From positions 44,814-108,813 of the forward strand of contig CAZFIV010000012.1 of assembly GCA_964519665.1 (NCBI GenBank): a DNA stretch of 64,000 nucleotides, written 5' to 3'. Below the pieces are notes generated by a model that saw only the letters and a program-made list of their open reading frames with translations, made no database searches and was not told the DNA's origin. Numbering within the stretch: position 1 is the first letter of the stretch; every line of letters begins with the position of its first letter. This DNA comes from an uncultured Myxococcales bacterium (GTDB lineage Bacteria; Myxococcota; Kuafuiibacteriia; Kuafuiibacteriales; Kuafuiibacteriaceae). Shown one piece after another: positions 1 through 9,140 of the stretch. The position numbers and the translations under genes were made by a program.

Positions 1-1
1 C

Positions 2-1309
2 CGCTGGTCACTGCGTCAGCGGCTAGAGGAAGCCGGGCACACCGTCGTCGAAGCCGCCGACGGTCAACAAGCGCTGGACCGCTACGTCGAGGGTGTCGAC
101 CTCGTTCTCCTCGATTGGCTGCTGCCTGACGAGAACGGCATCGAGGTTTTCCGAAGAATGAGGGCCGCAGACCCCACGCCTCCGGTCATCATGCTGACCG
201 CCCACACCTCGGTCGCTCGGGCCGTGCAGGTCATCAAAGAGGGCATCTTCCACTACGCTGGCAAGCCTTTCGACCTCGACGAGGTGATGCAGACGGTGCG
301 GTCGGCGCTCGACTCGAGCGCTCAGCGCTTTGCCATCTCGCAGATTCGGGGCGAAGCGAACCTCGACCACGTCGTCGGCGAATCGCCGGTCATGCAGGAG
401 CTCAAGGCACGGCTCCTCAAAATCGCGAAGAGCAGCGCCTCGGTGGTTCTTATTCAGGGTGAACGAGGCACCGGCAAGACGCTGGTCGCTCGCGCCATCC
501 ACGGGAGCAGCCCACGGTCGGGCGGCCCCGTTCATACGGTGCCTTGCAACCAAGTCCCCGAAGAAGAACTCGAACGAGAGCTGTTCGGCGAAGGCAGCAG
601 CCAGGGCTACCTGGAACGCTGCGACGGGGGCACCTTGGTCATCGATGACTTCGCGGACATACCGCCCAGCGTTCAGGCTCGCCTGCTCCGGTATCTCGAG
701 GACCGACGGTTTCGACGCATCAACGGTGGGGGCGACCGCACCTCGCAGGTCCGCATCATATTCACCACCTCGGCCGACCTGAGCGCGGCCATCGGGCGAA
801 AGATTCTGCGCGAAGATCTGTACCGGAAAATCTCGCTGCTATCGGCCGAGCTGCCGCCGCTGCGCCACCGCGACGGAGATATCCCCCTGTTGACGCGTTG
901 CTTCGTCGAGCACTTCTCCGTTCAGTTCGAACGCGCGGTGCGCGGGCCCACTGGCGAAGCGCTTCAGCTGCTGGAGAGCAACCCGTGGCTCGCGAACGTT
1001 CGAGAGCTGTACGACACGGTCGAACGGGCGGTTCTGCTGTGCGAAGGCGATATCCTGGAGGCGGATGCGTTCGAGCTGAACCGAAGCGGCTTGACCGCGG
1101 GACCGTCAAATCTGTTCAACCTGCCCCCGACCGGCGTTGACCTGCAAGACCTCGAACGGCGTCTGCTGATCCAAGCTCTCGAGCGAGCCAAGGGCAACCG
1201 AACGCGAGCCGGTCAGCTGTTGGGCATGAATCGTGACCAGGTCCGGTACCGCATCGAGAAGTTTAACCTAGAAGAGAAAAAGGCGTCCTCGCCTTCGCGC
1301 CAAAAGTGA
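2..1309 (+). CDS. NtrC-like response regulator (REC-AAA+-Fis HTH), 5'-partial, GAFTGA loop missing
   Basis: The frame is open from base 2 (RWSLRQRLEEAGHTVVEAADG...VDLVLLDWLLPD = receiver domain), upstream of the ORF-track start at 158. Walker A GERGTGKT and C-terminal HTH (ALERAKGNRTRAGQLLGM) are present. LFGEGSSQG stands where LFGHEKGAFTGA is expected. Confidence 0.9.
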   Translation, partial: RWSLRQRLEEAGHTVVEAADGQQALDRYVEGVDLVLLDWLLPDENGIEVFRRMRAADPTPPVIMLTAHTSVARAVQVIKEGIFHYAGKPFDLDEVMQTVRSALDSSAQRFAISQIRGEANLDHVVGESPVMQELKARLLKIAKSSASVVLIQGERGTGKTLVARAIHGSSPRSGGPVHTVPCNQVPEEELERELFGEGSSQGYLERCDGGTLVIDDFADIPPSVQARLLRYLEDRRFRRINGGGDRTSQVRIIFTTSADLSAAIGRKILREDLYRKISLLSAELPPLRHRDGDIPLLTRCFVEHFSVQFERAVRGPTGEALQLLESNPWLANVRELYDTVERAVLLCEGDILEADAFELNRSGLTAGPSNLFNLPPTGVDLQDLERRLLIQALERAKGNRTRAGQLLGMNRDQVRYRIEKFNLEEKKASSPSRQK

Positions 1310-2259
1310 GCCTCGCCGACCTCAGTCGGGCGCCCGTCGCCGCATTCTGCATCGACGAAAACGGGCGGATCATCGACGTCAACGCGGCTTTCGAATTCCA
1401 CAGCGAGCAGGCGCGCGACGCGCTCGTAGGACGTCGACTCGACGACGTTCTGCTGCGCAGCGACGTCGGCGACCGAGCTTCGAACACCCATCTGTCCGAA
1501 GACCTCAACCCTCCGACCAAGTCACCCGCCGGCGCCATCCAGCCGGAGCCCCGGACGCTGGGGGTGGGTCCCCGGGCCGGTCTCAAGCTCCGAACGGCCA
1601 TCTGGCGCAGTGGCGCGAAAACCTTCGGCCTCGCCGAGCCGCTCGGCGTTCATGAAGACGCGGCCGCTGCGCTGACCGAGTTTGCGGTCGTGATCGCCCA
1701 CGAGATCCGCAACCCGCTGGCGGGGATCGGTAGCGCCCTCGAAGTCATCTCGGACCGCCTCCCGCCCGGGGGCCCCGAGCGAGAAGTGATCGGCGAGATC
1801 CGAGGCCGCTTGCACCGCCTGAATCATCAGGTCGACGACCTGCTGTTGCTGGTCCGTCCGATTCATCCGCGCCCCCAATCCTGCGCCCTCGAGGCGCTGG
1901 TGGCGGCTGCCTATCGTCAAACCGGTTTGACCGAACCACCGCTCGGTCCTTCCGTGTCTTTGCGCGCCGACGACCGCCTGCTCGAAACCGCCTTGGTGCG
2001 GGTTCTGCGATATGCAGGACACGGGCCTCCGCCGGTCTGCGTCGAGTGGACCACGACGGAAGACCGGGTCACCCTCTCCGTCTCGGGCGGTCGGTTCGCG
2101 GCGCCGAGCCGGGCCCAGAACCACCAACCCGCTGTGCTGCCCCAAGATGGACTCGAGCTGCCGGTCGCTCGGCGTATCGCCGAGGCGCACGGCGGCCACC
2201 TTAAACTCGTTTTGTCTCCGCCGGGCGTCGAGCTTCGGCTCGAGCTGCCCATCGGATGA
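1306..2259 (+). CDS. PAS-HisKA sensor protein with degenerate HATPase domain
   Basis: H-box IAHEIRNPLAGI and N-terminal PAS-like segment. The N box (ALVRVLRYA), G1 and G2 boxes (QDGLEL) are degenerate. The start overlaps the upstream stop (GTGA). Confidence 0.85.
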   Translation: MSLADLSRAPVAAFCIDENGRIIDVNAAFEFHSEQARDALVGRRLDDVLLRSDVGDRASNTHLSEDLNPPTKSPAGAIQPEPRTLGVGPRAGLKLRTAIWRSGAKTFGLAEPLGVHEDAAAALTEFAVVIAHEIRNPLAGIGSALEVISDRLPPGGPEREVIGEIRGRLHRLNHQVDDLLLLVRPIHPRPQSCALEALVAAAYRQTGLTEPPLGPSVSLRADDRLLETALVRVLRYAGHGPPPVCVEWTTTEDRVTLSVSGGRFAAPSRAQNHQPAVLPQDGLELPVARRIAEAHGGHLKLVLSPPGVELRLELPIG

Positions 2260-2294
2260 CCACGAGGTCCAGGTCGCACGCGCTTCGCGGCGAT

Positions 2295-3326
2295 CTACTG
2301 GGCGATCTCGCTGGGCGAAGCGACGAACCGGTGCTCCTTCAGCCCGAACTTGGCGACCCGATACCGCATCTGGTCGCGGTTCAGCCCCAACAGACGGGCG
2401 GCACGGGTTCGATTGCCTTGGGTCCGCTCGAGGGCCTGGATCACCAAGCGCCGCTCGAGGTCCCGCAGGTTCAGCCCGCTCGCCGGCAGCCGGAAGTCGG
2501 CCTCCTTCGACTGCCCCGAGAGGCCCGGAAAGTCTTCAACGCCGAGGGTGGCCTGCGTGCACAGCAAGACGGCGTGCTCGATGGCGTTCTTCAGCTCGCG
2601 CACATTGCCGGGCCAGCTGTGCAGCTCCAGCAGTTTGATCGCTTCCGGAGAGACACCCCGAACGTCCTTGCGGAACTCGCGATTGAACATCCCCATGAAG
2701 TGGCTGACCAACAGTCGAACGTCGCCCTCGCGGTCCCTGAGGGGCGGCAGCTCGACCGGCAGGACTTCCAGACGGCGGTACAACTCCTCGTTGAAGTGGC
2801 CGTCCTGGACCGCTTTGTCGAGGTCGGTGGCCGTCGCCGCGATGATTCGAACGTTGACCGTCCGGACCGGCTCGTCGCCGTGGCGTCGCACGCAGCTGTC
2901 TTCGAGGAAGCGAAGCAGGCGAGCCTGCATCGCCAGCGACATGCTCGCAACCTCATCGAGGAACACGGTTCCCTGGTCGGCCAGCTCGAGGATGCCCTTC
3001 GCCGGTTCACCGTCTCCCCGGGCGAAAGAGCGACCGAAGAGCTCGGCCTCGAGCAGCCGCTCGGGCAGTGAAGCACAACTGATCGCCACGAACGGATAGC
3101 TCGCGCGGTCGCTGTTGTAGTGGATCACTCGGGCCGCCAGATCCCGGCCGGTACCGGTTTCGCCCCGCAACAGCACGGTCGCGCAGCCGCTGCGCGCGAC
3201 TTCGGCGAGGCGCAACTTCGCGTCGCGCATTACGCGAGACTCGCCGATCACCCGATCGATCTCGTGATTCTCGGTTACCGCACTGTGGTAAGCATCCAGC
3301 CCGTCATTCAGCGTCATTTCGGTCAT
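2295..3326 (-). CDS. NtrC-like AAA+/Fis-HTH regulator without receiver domain, GAFTGA missing
   Basis: VIGESRVM, GETGTGRD (Walker A K->R), VFLDEV, SWPGNVRELKN and HTH ALERTQGNRTRAARLLGL. An AGGAG-type RBS lies upstream of the ATG. Confidence 0.9.
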   Translation of the reverse strand: MTEMTLNDGLDAYHSAVTENHEIDRVIGESRVMRDAKLRLAEVARSGCATVLLRGETGTGRDLAARVIHYNSDRASYPFVAISCASLPERLLEAELFGRSFARGDGEPAKGILELADQGTVFLDEVASMSLAMQARLLRFLEDSCVRRHGDEPVRTVNVRIIAATATDLDKAVQDGHFNEELYRRLEVLPVELPPLRDREGDVRLLVSHFMGMFNREFRKDVRGVSPEAIKLLELHSWPGNVRELKNAIEHAVLLCTQATLGVEDFPGLSGQSKEADFRLPASGLNLRDLERRLVIQALERTQGNRTRAARLLGLNRDQMRYRVAKFGLKEHRFVASPSEIAQ

Positions 3327-3562
3327 TTCCGCTCCGCTCCTCGGGGCTGCGAGAGCCCCCCCTTGATGTCTTCAAGCCGGGCGTAAGACTTCGCCAAGCT
3401 CAGATCCTGGGCGCCCTCGACCATCCAGCGTAGGTCTTCCTTGCAACGCTGGCCCAAAAGCCAAAAAAGATGGGACCCAGTCACCGGGTGAAAGCTCTCG
3501 GCAGATTCGCGAACAGCTTTATGGGGTAGGTGAAGAATGCGAGAGAGTCTCGGTTTGAATCT

Positions 3563-4498
3563 CTAGATAAAACCCTTAGAAGCGTCAAAAAAACGTTCAA
3601 AATCGTAGAAAAATACGTCGGCGGAGACCATTTGGGGGAGGTTATGACCGGGTTTCAACCCATACCAAACTTGGACGGGGGGCCTCAGCCGCAGAGTCAT
3701 TGCATCGAACTGATCCACCTCCTCGGGCGGAAGTTCGCGCGCGATCGTCACTACCAAGACGTGGGCTCTACTCATGCGAACGGCCCACTCGATCTCGTCG
3801 AGCGGGAGCCCGCTTCCCAGATAGACCAGATCTTTTCCCTGCCCCGATGCGAGGAGGGCGGGCACCAGCAGCCGCTGCTCGTGGCGATGCTCGTCGGTAG
3901 TCGCAAAAACCAATCGCGGCGCCCCCACCGGCGGTGGAGCGAGGCGAAGCAGCGCCATCAAGACCGCGCGAAGATGCCCGGTGAGAATCCGCTCGTGAAC
4001 CGACCCCGGGCGCAGACTGCCCCATCGATCCGTCACCTCTCGCACCAGCGGCACCACGACCTCGAACACGAACGTCTGCCGGTCGAGAAACGTCGCCCCC
4101 CGCATCAGGATGTCGAATGCGCGCCGGCAATCCAGTCGCGCCGCGGCCGCCAAGTAAGCCTGCCGGAGCTCCCCAAATCCCGCCCCGGGCGCATCCTCGG
4201 GACGCGGAATGCTCTGCAGTGAAAACTCCGGACGGTCGACCAGGCGCTCGAGCTCGCTCAGCGCGAGCGGGGCAATACTCCGAATCGAATGCCCGCCCTC
4301 GGTCGCTTCCCGAAGCAGCACCAAGCGACGAACCTCGTCCGCAGTGAACCGCCGCGTATTGCCGGAGCTGCGCGATGGCGTCACCGCGCCGTGTCGACGT
4401 TCCCAGGCTCGGATGGTATCTGCGCTCAGGCCGGTCAGACGGGTCACCATCCGCATGGGATACAGTCCAGGCGACTCTTCGGGATGACGGTTGTGCAT
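3563..4498 (-). CDS. MerR-HTH / cobalamin-binding-domain regulator (CarH/CarA/LitR-like)
   Basis: MerR HTH (VTRLTGLSADTIRAWERRHG) followed by a B12_binding_2-like helical cap and a Rossmann-like B12 domain (RHEQ..., LVYLGSGLP). It is the last gene of the crt operon. The likely start is ATG 4498 or GTG 4501, overlapping the upstream stop. Confidence 0.85.
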   Translation of the reverse strand: MHNRHPEESPGLYPMRMVTRLTGLSADTIRAWERRHGAVTPSRSSGNTRRFTADEVRRLVLLREATEGGHSIRSIAPLALSELERLVDRPEFSLQSIPRPEDAPGAGFGELRQAYLAAAARLDCRRAFDILMRGATFLDRQTFVFEVVVPLVREVTDRWGSLRPGSVHERILTGHLRAVLMALLRLAPPPVGAPRLVFATTDEHRHEQRLLVPALLASGQGKDLVYLGSGLPLDEIEWAVRMSRAHVLVVTIARELPPEEVDQFDAMTLRLRPPVQVWYGLKPGHNLPQMVSADVFFYDFERFFDASKGFI

Positions 4499-5343
4499 CA
4501 CCTGGCCGTCGATTCCATCCCGCGTAAGCCATCGCCGAAGACGACCGAGGCTACGTCGTCGCTCGCCTCGTGCACCGGAAGGTGACCCGCCGCCGGCAAA
4601 AACCGCAGCGGCGCACTCGGCCACCGCGTCCGACGCCACCAGTCGACGCTATTCTTGACCGACTGAAACGTTCGATCTCCGACCAAGAACTCGCCGAGCG
4701 GGTCGAGCTTCTCGTACCCTCGGAGATGCAGGCCAGGGTCGCACAGCGCCTTCAGATAGCCGAGGGCGCGGTCGTGATCGGCGTTTTGAAAGTGTTCGGT
4801 CAGGCTGGTATCGTCGGCGCGACGTCCCGCGAGCCCGAGATTGGTCATCCAGCGACCGACCGGGTTGGCGAACGCGCTCAAGTAGCAGAGCCGACCGAAC
4901 CAGCCCCAGCAAAACAGCCGAAAGAACCACGGCGCGGTCATGAACGGATCGATCATCACGATCCGGGCGACCCGCGGCTCCAGCATGATCCCGAGCTCCA
5001 TGCCCACCACGGCGCCGCTGCAACTGCCCACGATGATCAACTCATCGAGCTCCAGCCGCTCGATGACCTCGGCGATCGGCTCTGCCAGCGACCGAACGTT
5101 CCACTCGGGTGGCGGGGGGCTTTTGCCAAAACCCGGCTGGTCGAAGCTTACCAGCGTGAAAGCGTTCGGCATCCGTTCGACGAGCGGCTCGAAGGAGCGA
5201 TGGTCACCGCTCCATCCGTGTAGACCGACGATGGTGCGGGGGCCGTCCCCGTACCGCTGCCAAAACGCTCGATCGGACGCCAGCGGTCCTTCGGCGAGGG
5301 CGGCTCGAGCCCCCTGCTCTACCAACCTCGCCGTCAAAGACAT
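4498..5343 (-). CDS. alpha/beta-fold hydrolase with Cys at the nucleophile elbow
   Basis: LHGWSG, FDQPGFGKS, elbow G-S-C-S-G and C-terminal AGHLP His. The start was trimmed to ATG 5343, which overlaps the crtB end. Confidence 0.85.
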   Translation of the reverse strand: MSLTARLVEQGARAALAEGPLASDRAFWQRYGDGPRTIVGLHGWSGDHRSFEPLVERMPNAFTLVSFDQPGFGKSPPPPEWNVRSLAEPIAEVIERLELDELIIVGSCSGAVVGMELGIMLEPRVARIVMIDPFMTAPWFFRLFCWGWFGRLCYLSAFANPVGRWMTNLGLAGRRADDTSLTEHFQNADHDRALGYLKALCDPGLHLRGYEKLDPLGEFLVGDRTFQSVKNSVDWWRRTRWPSAPLRFLPAAGHLPVHEASDDVASVVFGDGLRGMESTAR

Positions 5344-6326
5344 ACCGACTCCAGGCCCTCGGTGGCGACCGGCGCGCGCAGCTGTCGCGCCCCCGGGTTG
5401 CTTCCGGGTAGGTCTTGGAGCGCCACATGCAGGCTGGGGTCGTGTTGGACCGGCCGGCTCCAGCCGCTGATCCGAGGTCCCAAAAACGCCCCGATCGCCT
5501 TCGTCGCGACCCAGGTCTTGCCTAACGTCCCCACCACGGTCCGACCGGCCCACGCGTCCCCATCATTTGTCCGGAGTTTGTGCCCGATCGCTCGATAGAC
5601 TCGTGACGCGACCGTGATGGCGAGGCGAGGACCAAACGGGATGTACCGCATGCCGCCGTCGGCACTCGCGTAATACGTGTCGGCCCAGTCGACCATGGTG
5701 GTGACGACCCGGGCCAGCGCCCGGCGGTCGACCGTGCCCAAAAGCAGATCGTTCTGATCGATGCCCGCCGCGAATAACCGAGCGGCCGGAAGATAGACCC
5801 GACCCAGCCCCGCATCCTCCCGCACGTCGCGACAGATATTGGTCAGCTGCATCGCAACGCCGAGGTCGACGGCAAAGGGAAGCGCCGCGCCGTCGCGGAC
5901 CCCGAGGACCCCACACATCATCAAACCTACGGTGGATGCGACCCGATAGCAGTACCGCAGCAGCTCTCGGTCATCAGCGACGCGAACCTCGGCCAGGTCG
6001 CTCCGCACGCCGTCGATCAAGTTTTGGGCGTGCCGGAGGTCGACCTGACGGCGCTCGGCCATCGCGAGGAAGTAACCCATGAACCGGGTTGCCGCTCGGC
6101 GTCCCCACAGCTCGTCTTCGATCGTCCCCAGCGAAGCCTGCGCGACCTCGACCGACGGCGCCTCGTCGGCGGCGTCGTCGACCATCCGACAGAACGCGTA
6201 CAGAACCGCGGCGTCGGTCCGCTGATGGGACGCCAGGAATTTCGACGCCATGTTGAAGGACCGAGAACCGGCCGCCAGCGCCTCACGACTGACAGTGGCC
6301 ATCTGGCGGTCTGCAGCTACGGTCAT
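5334..6326 (-). CDS. crtB: phytoene synthase
   Basis: LYAFCRMVDDAAD, YCYRVASTVG and AMQLTNICRDVREDA motifs; crt context. Confidence 0.95.
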   Translation of the reverse strand: MTVAADRQMATVSREALAAGSRSFNMASKFLASHQRTDAAVLYAFCRMVDDAADEAPSVEVAQASLGTIEDELWGRRAATRFMGYFLAMAERRQVDLRHAQNLIDGVRSDLAEVRVADDRELLRYCYRVASTVGLMMCGVLGVRDGAALPFAVDLGVAMQLTNICRDVREDAGLGRVYLPAARLFAAGIDQNDLLLGTVDRRALARVVTTMVDWADTYYASADGGMRYIPFGPRLAITVASRVYRAIGHKLRTNDGDAWAGRTVVGTLGKTWVATKAIGAFLGPRISGWSRPVQHDPSLHVALQDLPGSNPGARQLRAPVATEGLESVCL

Positions 6327-6338
6327 CGTCAGGACCTT

Positions 6339-7871
6339 TCAGCCGGCGCGCCGAATCGGATGGGGCACCGGGACGAACTCCGACTCGCTGGGTCGGGGCA
6401 CTTGCTTTTCCATCACCTTCGCGGTGCTCAGAACGCCGGGCACGCCCGCCCCAGGGTGAGAGCTCGCGCCCACGAAATACAGCCCTGACACGTCTTCCGA
6501 GCGGTTGTGGTAGCGGAACCAAGCCGACTGTGTGAGCACCGGCTCGATTCCAAACGCAGCGCCTTTGTAGCTACGGAGATCTTCCCGGAAATACTTCGGC
6601 GTCACGTACTTCATCGACACGATGTTCTCACGCAGCCCTGGAACACAACGCTCTTCGAGACCCTGAAGAATTCGCTCGAGGTACTCGTCGCCGATCTCAT
6701 CCCAGTCGATACCACTTCCATCATTGGGCACCGGCGACAGGACGTAGAAGTTTTCGTGCCCCGGCGGCGCCAAGCTCGGATCGGTACGCGTCGGCGCGTG
6801 CATGTAGAGCGAGAAGTCTTCGGCGAGCACTTTGCGGTCGAAGATATCGGTGAGCAGACCCTTGTACCGAGGCCCCAAGACGATCGTGTGGTGTTTGAGC
6901 TCCGGGTATGTCTTTTTCGTTCCGAAGTAGGCCACGAAAAGACTCATCGACTGGCGTTTACGTGCGACTGCCCGATCGGTATTCGTGCGCCGGAACTTCT
7001 TGTCGATCATGCGGGTATAGACCGTCGAAGGATCCGCGTTGCTGACGATGAACTTACAAGGGATTCGTTCGCCGCTCTCGAGCTTCACGGCCGTGGCCCG
7101 CTTGTTCCCGTCGACCTCGATTTCGGCCACCGGCGCGTTCAGACGTACCGGCACTTCGATCTCCTCGAGCAAACGCACGAGCCCGTGAACGATGGCCGTG
7201 GTGCCTCCCTTGGCGAAGTGCACCCCCCATTCTCGTTCTAGCCAGTGAATCAGCGTGTAGATCGAGGTCACCTTGAATGGGTTGCCGCCCACCAGCAGCG
7301 GCTGAAAAGTGAAGACTTGACGCAGCCGCTCGTCCCGGATGTGCCGAGCCACGAAGCTGTACACCGACCGATAGGACTCGAGGCGCATCAGGTCCGGAAT
7401 GACCTTCAGCATGTCCATCAATCGGTCGAAGGGCACGTCGGCCAGCTGAACGTAACCCACGTCGAAGATGGCCTTCATCTTCTTGACCATCCGCTGATAG
7501 TTGTCGACGTCGGGCGGGTTGAACTCGCGAATTCGCTCGATCAGACGCTCGCTGTCGCCGACATAGTCGAACACCGAGCCATCATGAAAATCGATGCGGT
7601 AGAAAGGGTCGACGGGAACGAGCTCGAAGTAGTCACGCATGTCGCGACCCACCAGCTCGAAAAGCTCTCGTAGCAGGTACGGGGCGGTGATGACGGTCGG
7701 CCCCGCGTCGAAAGAGAAGCCGTCTTGCAAGAAGACTCCGGCCCGGCCGCCAGGCTGGTCCCGGGCCTCCAAAACGAGGGTCTTGTGTCCCATGGCTCGC
7801 AGACGGACCGCCGACGCGAGGCCGCCGAATCCCGAGCCGATGACGATTACCGGATGTTCCGAAGTACTCAT
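6339..7871 (-). CDS. crtI: phytoene desaturase
   Basis: IGSGFGGLASA FAD motif, FDAGPTVIT, and C-terminal LYFVGASSHPGAGVPGV. Confidence 0.95.
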   Translation of the reverse strand: MSTSEHPVIVIGSGFGGLASAVRLRAMGHKTLVLEARDQPGGRAGVFLQDGFSFDAGPTVITAPYLLRELFELVGRDMRDYFELVPVDPFYRIDFHDGSVFDYVGDSERLIERIREFNPPDVDNYQRMVKKMKAIFDVGYVQLADVPFDRLMDMLKVIPDLMRLESYRSVYSFVARHIRDERLRQVFTFQPLLVGGNPFKVTSIYTLIHWLEREWGVHFAKGGTTAIVHGLVRLLEEIEVPVRLNAPVAEIEVDGNKRATAVKLESGERIPCKFIVSNADPSTVYTRMIDKKFRRTNTDRAVARKRQSMSLFVAYFGTKKTYPELKHHTIVLGPRYKGLLTDIFDRKVLAEDFSLYMHAPTRTDPSLAPPGHENFYVLSPVPNDGSGIDWDEIGDEYLERILQGLEERCVPGLRENIVSMKYVTPKYFREDLRSYKGAAFGIEPVLTQSAWFRYHNRSEDVSGLYFVGASSHPGAGVPGVLSTAKVMEKQVPRPSESEFVPVPHPIRRAG

Positions 7872-7883
7872 GATATCTCCGCG

Positions 7884-8978
7884 CTAAAGCAAGTGCTGAA
7901 TGGCCTTTAAAGACATGGCCACCAATTGCAAGGCAACCTGCTGAAGGCGAGGCTCTTCGAGCAAGATCGGCGCGGCCGTAATCTCCGCTTCGACCGAGTG
8001 GATCCGATCGATGACCGCGTCGAGCGCGCCTCGGTCCCGGAAGCGGTCGACCGCCGCGTCGACGTCCGCAACCGTGGTTTCGTCACGGGGCTTGGCCAGA
8101 ATACCGATGAGCCAATCCTTATCATTTGGATGAAGCCGCAAGTGTTCGGCGACCAGCGCGGTCACCGCGCCTTCGCGAATGTCGCCGCCCTTCTCGGCGC
8201 GCCCCTTGTCGCCGTACAGGTCGACGACGTCGTCCTGGATCTGAAACAACAGACCGAGACGTTTGAAGCAGTTCGAGAGCGCCTCCGCCCGTTCGGGGTC
8301 GCGGCCGGCGAGCAACGCTGCGCCGTGCACCGGCAGCGCCATCAAGGCCGACGTCTTGCCGGTCGCCGCTTCGGCGTAGGAGTCCCAGTCCCACCGCCCC
8401 GAGTGGAGAAGACACATCTCGAGCGATTGACCGCGGACCGTCTGTTCTGCGCGGCGGGCGATGGCTCGAGACAGCTGCCAACGCACCTCACCGGTGACCG
8501 GTACGTGCTCCAGGGCGATGAACGGGAGCATCAGAAGAAGGTCACCGGCGTTGATGGCCTGGGCTTGTCCGTGCCGCACCCACACGGCGAACCGGCCCCG
8601 GCGGACTGGATCGCCGTCTTGGAGGTCATCGTGAACGAGGGTTGCGTTGTGCAGAAGCTCGCAGGCGGCCGCCCACGGGATACCGGCGTCGGCCGGACCG
8701 CCGAGCGCCTCGAGCGACGCCAATGCCAGACGAGCCCGCAGCCGTTTGCCCCCCGTGAATAAGTGCTCTTGCACAATCGCGCCGAGGCGCTCGAAGCTGC
8801 GCCCTGCGGCCAGCTTCAGCATCAGTGCCTTGACCGCCTCGAGCGGCTCTTCCTCCGCCCGCGACAAATCCACGGAGACTGCGTCCCGATTCGAAGCCGC
8901 GGCTTCGATGTCGGGCCCGATCTCGATGGGTAGTCGAGATCGGAGCGCAGCCGACCGCTTGTGAGTTTCTTCCGGCAT
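7884..8978 (-). CDS. crtE: geranylgeranyl diphosphate synthase (polyprenyl synthetase)
   Basis: GGKRLR, HNATLVHDDLQD, GKTSAL and FQIQDDVVD. The start is uncertain (8978 or 9029). Confidence 0.9.
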   Translation of the reverse strand: MPEETHKRSAALRSRLPIEIGPDIEAAASNRDAVSVDLSRAEEEPLEAVKALMLKLAAGRSFERLGAIVQEHLFTGGKRLRARLALASLEALGGPADAGIPWAAACELLHNATLVHDDLQDGDPVRRGRFAVWVRHGQAQAINAGDLLLMLPFIALEHVPVTGEVRWQLSRAIARRAEQTVRGQSLEMCLLHSGRWDWDSYAEAATGKTSALMALPVHGAALLAGRDPERAEALSNCFKRLGLLFQIQDDVVDLYGDKGRAEKGGDIREGAVTALVAEHLRLHPNDKDWLIGILAKPRDETTVADVDAAVDRFRDRGALDAVIDRIHSVEAEITAAPILLEEPRLQQVALQLVAMSLKAIQHLL

Positions 8979-9140
8979 GACGGTCCGATATGGACGCACA
9001 ATGACTGTGTCAAGGTCCCGTCCAAACATCGCGGACCTTTTTCTAGACAGGATCAGGACAGCGGTGCCAGTGGTGTTCTTGGTCGCAGCGTCGACGTCAA
9101 CCGTGATTTCCCGACGCCCAACAAAGGTCTACGCGACGCC

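Noticed and set aside
3436-3456. Possible sigma54 promoter (GGGCCAGCGTTGCA, minus strand) upstream of the 3326 gene
   Set aside because: Spacing is GG-N9-GC rather than the strict N10.
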